The notes under the pieces are model-generated. The model was not told the origin of the DNA, did not search any database, and was given only the letters and a program-made list of their open reading frames with translations. 42,089 bases of DNA from a virus (taxonomy: Duplodnaviria; Caudoviricetes), in the IMG/VR virus record IMGVR_UViG_3300048574_000397, positions 1 to 42,089 of that record. One strand, written 5' to 3'. The stretch's first letter is position 1, and each line of letters starts with the position of its first letter. Positions 35,351 to 42,089 of this stretch are shown here, piece by piece. A program made the translations under genes and the position numbers.

Positions 35351-35629
35351 TCACGCCTCGTCGAGGACGGTGAGCGAGTCCGAGCCGACGAGGAAGTCGT
35401 AGAGGCCCTCGTCGCCCCCGAACAGTTCGACCAGGAACTCCGGGGCGCGCTTGTCCTCGGGGATCGAGTCGACGTCGTAGCGGACGACGGTGTTGTCGCC
35501 GTCGATGTCGAACACGGTGCCCGTGGCGCCGATCTGCCAGGCGGGGACGGCCTCGTTGGTGCCGTCGGCCGTGACGAACGTGGCGCCGGCGGTGATCTGG
35601 ACGCGGGTGCCCTTGTCGAGCGTGGTCAT
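35351..35629 (-). CDS. Small SH3/KOW-like protein
   Basis: KGTRVQI..GATF...GATGTV; strong RBS GAGGAG. Confidence 0.7.
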   Translation of the reverse strand: MTTLDKGTRVQITAGATFVTADGTNEAVPAWQIGATGTVFDIDGDNTVVRYDVDSIPEDKRAPEFLVELFGGDEGLYDFLVGSDSLTVLDEA

Positions 35630-35658
35630 GCTGAGTCTCTCCTCTGGGAGGTTGGTCG

Positions 35659-35859
35659 TCAGGCGGCGACGTCTTGCACGTCGTCGGCGAGGACGATGGC
35701 GGGGCGACCGCGGCGGCCGGTGCGGATGCTGTACGCCTCGCGGCCGAACTCGTCGGCGTACGGGACGGGCTGGCCCGTGAAGGTCTTGCCGTCCTTGCGG
35801 GTGACGGTGACGGTCAGGGCGGACAGAGCGGCCTCGGCGAGGCGCTCGGTGGCGGTCAT
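35659..35859 (-). CDS. Conserved small phage protein
   Basis: RBS GAAAGGA; V.V..KDG..F.G....IRTGRRGRP. Confidence 0.7.
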   Translation of the reverse strand: MTATERLAEAALSALTVTVTRKDGKTFTGQPVPYADEFGREAYSIRTGRRGRPAIVLADDVQDVAA

Positions 35860-35898
35860 GTGAAGTTGTCCTTTCGAGGCGGCGTGCTTACGCGCCGC

Positions 35899-36168
35899 TC
35901 ACTCCTCGGAGTCGAGGAGGTCGAACGAGTCGGCAAGCCGGCTCAAGTGCTCGTTGAGTCCGAGCCGGCTCTGAGGACCGAGGCCCTGCGACTCGGCGAC
36001 GAGATCGAGCGCCGCCGAGAGGGTGCCGATGGCTGTCTCAGGACCGACGTCCTCGGCGTAGTCGGCGAGGGCGTGCAGGAGCGGGACGATGCTGACGTCG
36101 TCGCCGGGGAAGTCGTCGGGAGTCGACGAGCGCCAGCGGTCGACGAGGTCGGCGAGCGTGTCGCCCAT
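35899..36168 (-). CDS. Hypothetical protein, paralog 3 of a tandem triplet
   Basis: RWRSSTPDDFPG...VPLLHALADYAEDV. Confidence 0.65.
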   Translation of the reverse strand: MGDTLADLVDRWRSSTPDDFPGDDVSIVPLLHALADYAEDVGPETAIGTLSAALDLVAESQGLGPQSRLGLNEHLSRLADSFDLLDSEE

Positions 36169-36500
36169 CACGCCCACTCCTCCGGGTCGAGGAGCGACAA
36201 CTCCTCGTCGGTCAGAGCGTCGAGCGCGTCGGCGATGGCCTGCGCCGTGGTCTGGGCGGGCTCCTCGTAGATGGCCTCGTAGACCGCGGTCGCTGCCGCG
36301 CTGACGATGCCGGAGAGGAAGCCGACGCCGTGCTCGTCGTCCTTGACCGCGTCGATGAAGTCGGCCAGGGCGTGCAGGTACGGGATGACGGCTTCGGCGT
36401 GGTCCGGCCGGTGCTCGACCGCGCCGGGGCTGTCCGGGTGGCCGGGGTAGTCCGACGGCGACGCCTCGCGGAAGCGGGCTGCGATCTGTTCGAGGGTCAC
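36168..36500 (-). CDS. Hypothetical protein, paralog 2 of a tandem triplet
   Basis: RFREASPSDYPG...IPYLHALADFIDAV. Confidence 0.65.
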   Translation of the reverse strand: MTLEQIAARFREASPSDYPGHPDSPGAVEHRPDHAEAVIPYLHALADFIDAVKDDEHGVGFLSGIVSAAATAVYEAIYEEPAQTTAQAIADALDALTDEELSLLDPEEWA

Positions 36501-36817
36501 AGCACGCCGCCCAGACCGGACGTGTGACCGAGAGCCTGCGCGACGGACGCGGGGTCGCCGGTGTCGATGGCGCCGGCGAGGTAGATCGAGTCGCCGACCT
36601 CGGCCAGGCCGTGCAGGACGCCGCCGATGCACGCGGCACCGTCGTAGCCCTCAGGCACGACGGCCTCGATGAAGTCGGCGACTGCGCCGAACAGGGTGGC
36701 GACCGCGGCGGCCTCGGTGTCCGAGATCGGGACGCCCATGCCGTCGTGGACCGCGTCGGGCGTCGTGCCGCGGAGCGCGGTCACGATGTCGTCGGTGGCC
36801 TGCTGCAAGTTGCTCAC
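36497..36817 (-). CDS. Hypothetical protein, paralog 1 of a tandem triplet
   Basis: ALRGTTPDAV...VATLFGAVADFIEAV. Confidence 0.65.
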   Translation of the reverse strand: MSNLQQATDDIVTALRGTTPDAVHDGMGVPISDTEAAAVATLFGAVADFIEAVVPEGYDGAACIGGVLHGLAEVGDSIYLAGAIDTGDPASVAQALGHTSGLGGVL

Positions 36818-37182
36818 AAGTAACCTCCGGGGATGTAGGGCTCCTCCGGCGGCACCGGACGGGGCGGGGTAACGGGGTGGCCGAACGTCTGCGGCGTCGG
36901 CGGCTGCTGCGCCGGGGCGACCTCGGCGACGAGCGTCTCGGTGACCTTGGCGAACGAGGCGACGAGGGCGTCGAGCATCACGAGCCCGTCGAAGCCGCGC
37001 TCGGTGATGACCTCGTCGAGGAGGTCGGCGAGGGTGTGCGGGAGGACCGCGACGCGATCGATCTGCTCCGGCGTGAACTCGCCGAACAGTTCGAGGCTGA
37101 GGCGGAACATCCGCGCCGAGGCGCCGGCGGCGCGCAGGTTGGCGATGACCCGCTCCTGCATCTCGGTCTTGGCGGCCATCAC
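36814..37182 (-). CDS. Hypothetical protein
   Basis: 4-bp overlaps; phage-like codon usage. Confidence 0.65.
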   Translation of the reverse strand: MMAAKTEMQERVIANLRAAGASARMFRLSLELFGEFTPEQIDRVAVLPHTLADLLDEVITERGFDGLVMLDALVASFAKVTETLVAEVAPAQQPPTPQTFGHPVTPPRPVPPEEPYIPGGYL

Positions 37183-37727
37183 GCCACCGCTCGGACGAGG
37201 TCGGAGATGGGCCAGACGAACGAGAGCCCGCCGAGGCCGTCGGGGCGGATGGCTCCGTTGGCTGGCGCGATCTCGACAAGGCCGTCACCCATCGGGCCGG
37301 ACGGCTCGACGACGCAAGCCGGCATGCCTGCCCAACCCTGTGTCGGCTGCGTCGCGCCGACGATGCGGACGAGGTCGCCGATGTGGAACGAGTGGGCGAG
37401 CGGGGTGACGGGAACGCTCTGGGTCAGCGTGCCGGGCTCGGCATCGCGGAGGATGGCGGCTTGGCTCACCTGCGCCCAGCGCTCGGCGTCGACCACGGTC
37501 ATCCCGCGGCGGGCTGCCTCCTCGCGGAGGTCGTCATCGGACACGGCGGCGAGGCCGTCCTCGACGAGCGCATAGGTCCACTGGCCGTCGGCGAAGACGG
37601 CCGCGGTGCGGTCGCAGTCGGAGACGTACAGCACGCCGCCGGTGACCTCGACGTCATCCGCCGGGATGATGACGGGCGCGGCGTCGCGGAACTGGTCAGG
37701 CGAGGGCCGCTCAACACGAACGGTCAT
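37179..37727 (-). CDS. Hypothetical protein with C-terminal SH3-like domain
   Basis: ATG at 37727; FHIGDLVRIVG. Confidence 0.6.
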   Translation of the reverse strand: MTVRVERPSPDQFRDAAPVIIPADDVEVTGGVLYVSDCDRTAAVFADGQWTYALVEDGLAAVSDDDLREEAARRGMTVVDAERWAQVSQAAILRDAEPGTLTQSVPVTPLAHSFHIGDLVRIVGATQPTQGWAGMPACVVEPSGPMGDGLVEIAPANGAIRPDGLGGLSFVWPISDLVRAVA

Positions 37728-37734
37728 GGGTGTC

Positions 37735-38094
37735 TCACTTCCTGGCGAGCGCCTTGGCAGCGCGGGCCTTGGCGAGTTGCGCGGCGACAGTCGCCGGCGA
37801 TGGAGGCGTAGCCGCCCCCGACACCGGGTTTGTTGCCGCCGGGGTGACGGGCGGACGAGGAACGGCCAGGCCGCCGCCAGGGCGCGCGATGGTTCCGCGC
37901 GGCGCAGGCGCCGAAGGCTCGGCAGCGCGCGATGTCTTACGCACGGGCTGACCTCGCCGCGGGGCACGGGTCACGCGAGAGCGGACCTCGGACAGCGGCA
38001 CGGAGAACAGGTGCGCGAGAGGCTGGTCGCCAGCGACGTGCTCGCGGCGCTCGCGGTCGCGGCGGCGGAACTCCTCGGCGGTGGCGGTGGTCAT
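37735..38094 (-). CDS. Hypothetical protein
   Basis: ATG after GAGGAGG. Confidence 0.6.
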   Translation of the reverse strand: MTTATAEEFRRRDRERREHVAGDQPLAHLFSVPLSEVRSRVTRAPRRGQPVRKTSRAAEPSAPAPRGTIARPGGGLAVPRPPVTPAATNPVSGAATPPSPATVAAQLAKARAAKALARK

Positions 38095-38106
38095 GGCTGG
38101 TCCTCC

Positions 38107-38424
38107 TCAGTCGTCGGTGACGATGACGCCGTGCTCGATACGGCCGTCCGCGTAGATGACGGCGCTCTGCTCTCCGGGCCACGGGAAGCGGGCCGGGTTG
38201 CGCCAGTCGAGCGGGAGGTCGTCGAGTCGGTCGTACTCCGAGGCGTACGACCAGCGCGTGCCACAGCACTCGCAGTCGACCTCGTAGAACGGGTCGAAGT
38301 AGACGAGGCCGGAGTTGGTGGCACGGTCGTCCGCCTGCTCGGCGGAGTCGGCCTCGACATAGACCTCGTGCGGGCCTTGGAAGACGCCGAACGAGTTGTT
38401 CTGGGAGTAGGCGTAGAACGCCAC
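38107..38424 (-). CDS. Conserved phage hypothetical protein (Cys-rich)
   Basis: FY.YSQNNS.G.F....VEA.S...A..RA...G.YFD....DC.CCG.RW. Confidence 0.75.
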   Translation of the reverse strand: MAFYAYSQNNSFGVFQGPHEVYVEADSAEQADDRATNSGLVYFDPFYEVDCECCGTRWSYASEYDRLDDLPLDWRNPARFPWPGEQSAVIYADGRIEHGVIVTDD

Positions 38425-38427
38425 GAG

Positions 38428-38746
38428 TCAGCCCTCCTCGGAACGGTGCATGAGGTCGACCTCGGCCCACTCCTCGGCGACGTCGAGGAAGACTTGGTCG
38501 ACCGTCTTGGGCAGGAAGCCCACGGACAGGAGCGCGCCGCGACCGGCGTCGAGGATGGCGCGCCAGAGATCGTCAGCGCCGTCGGCCTCGCCGAACTCGA
38601 CGGAGACGTGGACGGAGTGACGGAAGCCGTGCTCGTCGCGGAAGTACGACGAGCCGGTGCCCCGCTCTCGGAACTGCGAGACGGCGCGGGGCGGCAGACA
38701 GCGCCAGGATGACGAGGAGGCCGACGGCCCAGATGAGGCCGCGCAC
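38428..38746 (-). pseudogene. Signal/TM-bearing small gene with an apparent +1 frameshift near 38690
   Basis: GTG 38746 reads MRGLIWAVGLLVILALSAA; phage-like codons then continue in the +1 frame (RAVSQFRERG...RSEEG*). Confidence 0.45.
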
Positions 38747-38747
38747 G

Positions 38748-39044
38748 TCACGCCTCGATGTCGCTGAGGAGCGCGAGCGCGTCGTCGGCGTAGTGCATCC
38801 GGTAGGCGTCCGGCCCGTAGAACATCTCCATGAGCGGGTCGCGGGCGTCCTCGGGGAGCGTGTCGGGGTCGACCTGGACGCTGACGTTGTCGGCGCAGTC
38901 GGGGCAGTCCTCGGTGATCTCGTGGACGCCGACGACCGTGCCGACGGCGCCGAGGTCGGAACCGTCGCCCTCGCTGCGGGTGCCGTCGTGGTAGTAGGCC
39001 GAGCCGACGACCTTGACCCGGTCGCCGATGTTGAAGGTGGACAT
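38748..39044 (-). CDS. Small SH3/KOW-like protein
   Basis: FNIGDRVKVVG...GAVGTVV; RBS AGGAG. Confidence 0.7.
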   Translation of the reverse strand: MSTFNIGDRVKVVGSAYYHDGTRSEGDGSDLGAVGTVVGVHEITEDCPDCADNVSVQVDPDTLPEDARDPLMEMFYGPDAYRMHYADDALALLSDIEA

Positions 39045-39216
39045 GGTGACTCTCCTGTTGGAACGGGCCTGAGGAAATACGGGTCGACGACGCCGGCCGC
39101 GCTCAGGCAGGGCGGGAACTTGCAGGGGTGGAAGGTGTAGGGCTCGGGTGTAAGGTCACGGCCCCGCCCCGGACGCGCCGATGGCGCCGGGGCGAGGCGA
39201 CGGGCCGGGCGCCCGA

Positions 39217-40245
39217 TCAGATGGCTTCGAGGAGGAAGCCCGCCGGGAGAGCGACCGTGCGCCCGGCGTGCGGGCCGAGGAGCGGCTTGACGACGTACCG
39301 GCCATACACGCCCGGCTCGACGCTGACGACCTCGGCGCTGCCGTCCCAGGTGCCGTCATCCCAGCCGTCGACCGTGACGAGGTCACCCGGCGCGGGCTCG
39401 GCGATCTCGGGGCCGGCCGGCGTGAGGCAGGCGGCGGCGACGAACTGCTCGACGAGGCCGCCGTTGGGGAAGCCGTTGTCGTCGAGCGCACGGGCACGGA
39501 CGAGGACGTCGCCGTCGGAGTCCGCGGCCTGGGTCACGACGCCGGTCGTTCGGCCGCCGAAGTACACGCCTCCGGTGCCGGGGCCGGCGACCGACGTGTA
39601 GGCGTCGGCGGGGACGAGGACGAAGGTGCCGACCGGCGGCCAGGCGGCGTCCGGCTTGGCGGGCTCGTCGGCGAGGACCGGGGTGACGAACCGGCGCGCG
39701 ACGATCTGCGGGACCTCGGTGCCGATGAGGCCGGCGGTGTGGGCACGGAAGCCGTCGAGCGTCTCGCGGATGCCCAGCGCCTTCATCGTCTTGTGCAGGG
39801 CGAGGATTGCGTCTTCGTCGACCGAGAGGAGCGGGGCGACCGTGACGACGTCGTCGGCGGTGGAGTAGCCCACGATGCGGCCGACGGTCGCGCTGCCGTG
39901 GATCGAGCGAACGTGCGCGGTGGACTCGGCGCCCGGTGCCTCGATGCGGACGGTGGTGCCGACCGGCCACGGGGCCTTGGCTTCGTGCTTGGTCGAGACG
40001 ACGTCGCCTGTGAGCGGCCAGACGTAGTCGGTGACTCCGTGCTCGACCTCGGTGAGAGTCGACGGGTCGACGTCCGTGCGGGTGGTGACGAGGACGGCCG
40101 TGACCCCTTCGAGGCCCGGCTGCGGGCCGGGGTGCCCGGTGGAGCGGACCAGCGTGCCAGGCTCGAAGTCCTGGCCCTGGGTGACGTGGACGACTCGCAG
40201 CGACTCACCCGCAGGGATCATGGCGGGGAACTTGGACGACGACAT
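39217..40245 (-). CDS. Hypothetical protein with several SH3-like repeats (342 aa)
   Basis: Repeated EPGTLV / PVGTTVRI / PVGTFVLV / APGDLVTV; RBS GGGAGAG. Confidence 0.7.
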   Translation of the reverse strand: MSSSKFPAMIPAGESLRVVHVTQGQDFEPGTLVRSTGHPGPQPGLEGVTAVLVTTRTDVDPSTLTEVEHGVTDYVWPLTGDVVSTKHEAKAPWPVGTTVRIEAPGAESTAHVRSIHGSATVGRIVGYSTADDVVTVAPLLSVDEDAILALHKTMKALGIRETLDGFRAHTAGLIGTEVPQIVARRFVTPVLADEPAKPDAAWPPVGTFVLVPADAYTSVAGPGTGGVYFGGRTTGVVTQAADSDGDVLVRARALDDNGFPNGGLVEQFVAAACLTPAGPEIAEPAPGDLVTVDGWDDGTWDGSAEVVSVEPGVYGRYVVKPLLGPHAGRTVALPAGFLLEAI

Positions 40246-40544
40246 GGCGGCTCTCTCCCGAAGTCAGCGCATTTGGTGACGGGGACAGAGCCGCTCCGAG
40301 CCGGGTGATTGTTGCCCTGGGGTCGAGAATCACCCGGACGGGTGAGTGGCCGGTTTGTCGGGGCAGGTTCGGACGCACGCATTTCTCGAGCCCGGTGCGC
40401 TGACCTGGGCGAACACGTTTGCGGGGGTCGGTGGGGCGCTAGGGGCGGGTCGTTCTGTTCTGTCTCTCCCTGGGAGTTGGCCCTATGGAACAGAACCCAG
40501 GGGGCGTGTTCGAGCGGCCCCTTCCGCCCCCGGCGTGCCGGCGC

Positions 40545-42089
40545 TCAGGCGGTGGGCTGGCCGACCCAATCGAGATGCACACGGCCGGGGTCGAAGTGGG
40601 CGCCTGAGTAGGGGGCGGGGTCGACTTCGACTCGCGTAATGGCGAGGCGCAGGAGCCCGCGGGCCTCGGGGATGGGGGCGGCCATGATGGCGGGGAGCGA
40701 GATGTCCGGGTCGAGGAGCGGGCCGAGGTCGACCTCCGGCTTCGGCAGGTCGGCCAGACGCGCGAGCAGACCGTCGATGCGCTGGCGCAGACCCGCCGTC
40801 ACCCGGTCGTGGCGGTCGGCGTCGAGCGTGCCGCGCACGTAGTAGTCGTCGTCGGCCTGGGTCATCCGAGCGCGAGCGTCGGCGAGGTCGGCCGTGAGGT
40901 CGGCACGTTCCTTGAGAGGGGCTGGGTCGTGGCGGACGAGCCATCGCTCGGCGACGGCCGCAAGGATCGGCGAGTCAGGCTCAAGCGCGGCCAGGCCATA
41001 GGCCCAGCGCCGACGGACCTCGTCGTCGATGGTCTTGATTCGCACACTGAGCGGGCGCGCGCAGCCGTCGCCGACCTCGTGCCAGCGCCGGCAGCGGTAG
41101 GAGTCGCCGAACGAGTTGGCATGCCGCTTGCACGTCGCGCAGTAGATGAGGCCGCCGAGGAGGCTCTGAGGTTGGCGAACGGGGCGCATGCCTCGACCGT
41201 AGCGACGGAGGCGGCCGTCGAGAACGTCGAGGAGTCGGAGACGTTCGGACTCGGTCACGATGGGCTCGGCGCCGTCGGCCATGATTGAGACTGTCTCGCC
41301 CGTCTCCGGGTCGCGCCACGCCTCCGTGCGCGTCGACCAGCCGCCGTCCGTGTCATCGCGGCGCTTGCTCGGCATGAGGCCGACGAGGGCGGGGGACCGG
41401 ACGATCATCGAGAGAGTCGACGAGCGCCAGACCGGGCCGCCGCGACGGGTCGGGATGCCGCGCTCGTTCCAGTCGCGGGCGACGGCGAGGAGCGTGTCGC
41501 CGGCGAGGAGGCGGTCCACTAGTTCGCGGACGAGTGGCGCCTCGGTCGGGTCTTGGTGGAGTTTGCGGTCCTCGTCGACCGTGTAACCCATCGGGGCCGA
41601 GCCGCCGAGGTAGCGGCCTCGGCTGCGGTCCTTTTCCTTGCGGTCGCGGACGCGAAGCGACGTGTTCGCCGACTCGGTGCGGGCCTGCTCGGAGACGAGC
41701 ACGATGACCATTCGGTGACCGGGGACGGACGAGTCGAGCGAGTCCATGAGGAAGTACAGGCGGCCGTGCGCGGCCTCGACAGCGTCGAGGAGTAGGCCGA
41801 CCTGCCCGGCGCCGTGGCGGCTGAGACGGTCGAGTTTCCAGACGGCGAGGGTGCCGACCTCGCCGGAGGTCACGGCGGCGACGGCCTGCTCGAAGTCCTT
41901 GCGGTAGACGTCGCGGTAGGCGCTCTTGCCGGGGTCGCGCCACACGCGGCGGACGGTCAGGCCCTCACGCGCCGCCCAGGCGCGGAGGTCCGTCTCCTGC
42001 CGTTCGAGCGAGTCCTTGCCCTCTTGGTCGATGCTGAGGCGAAGGTAGAGGTCGACGAGGTTGGCGACGGGCGTCTCGGGGCGAGCCAC
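40545..42089 (-). CDS. int: Large serine recombinase (integrase)
   Basis: Catalytic YLRLS, SLERQ, KLDRLSR, GGSAPMGY recombinase domain, zinc ribbon CATC...YRC...C, coiled coil. Confidence 0.95.
   Translation of the reverse strand: MARPETPVANLVDLYLRLSIDQEGKDSLERQETDLRAWAAREGLTVRRVWRDPGKSAYRDVYRKDFEQAVAAVTSGEVGTLAVWKLDRLSRHGAGQVGLLLDAVEAAHGRLYFLMDSLDSSVPGHRMVIVLVSEQARTESANTSLRVRDRKEKDRSRGRYLGGSAPMGYTVDEDRKLHQDPTEAPLVRELVDRLLAGDTLLAVARDWNERGIPTRRGGPVWRSSTLSMIVRSPALVGLMPSKRRDDTDGGWSTRTEAWRDPETGETVSIMADGAEPIVTESERLRLLDVLDGRLRRYGRGMRPVRQPQSLLGGLIYCATCKRHANSFGDSYRCRRWHEVGDGCARPLSVRIKTIDDEVRRRWAYGLAALEPDSPILAAVAERWLVRHDPAPLKERADLTADLADARARMTQADDDYYVRGTLDADRHDRVTAGLRQRIDGLLARLADLPKPEVDLGPLLDPDISLPAIMAAPIPEARGLLRLAITRVEVDPAPYSGAHFDPGRVHLDWVGQPTA

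Larger units (their letters stand above)
1..42089 (-). mobile_element. Temperate siphophage / prophage, phiC31-like (BD/AZ-like organisation), actinobacterial host
   Basis: Complete head, tail, lysis, replication and integrase gene set, co-oriented on the minus strand. Integrase lies at one end and the packaging module is internal, as expected for an integrated (permuted) genome. High GC. Confidence 0.93.

Noticed and set aside
16-41795. Many long plus-strand and off-frame ORFs (e.g. 25477..28332, 17685..20144, 22227..24323)
   Set aside because: Typical stop-poor shadow frames of GC-rich genes; Arg/Gly/Pro-rich with no recognisable motifs.

Overview
The whole window is a GC-rich actinobacterial temperate siphophage of the phiC31-like type (gene order resembling Streptomyces BD and Arthrobacter AZ phages), with essentially all genes on the minus strand. 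It is permuted like a prophage: it begins at the start codon of a large serine integrase (42089) and ends at the stop codon of a sigma-like DNA-binding gene (1). In transcription order it contains: the integrase; about 25 small accessory genes; a SprT-like protease; a tRNA cluster flanked by structured non-coding DNA; HNH, terminase, portal, capsid and tail genes; lysis genes; a dNMP kinase; a putative immunity repressor; and a recombination/replication block (Cas4-like exonuclease, LAGLIDADG, RDF, HJ resolvase, primase-helicase, Pol I, sigma-like factor). The standout feature is a tail-fibre shufflon at 13840-14561. Three identical 26-bp repeats (two on minus, one on plus) head three alternative C-terminal tip cassettes of a collar-domain tail protein, and no invertase is encoded nearby. 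Other signals are a bipartite phage-specific promoter motif with a fixed 13-nt spacer, a dispersed operator-like motif, two genes apparently starting at ACG, tRNAs with C33, and expansions of small paralogous genes. Protein calls rest on motifs and synteny read by eye; no database search was run.
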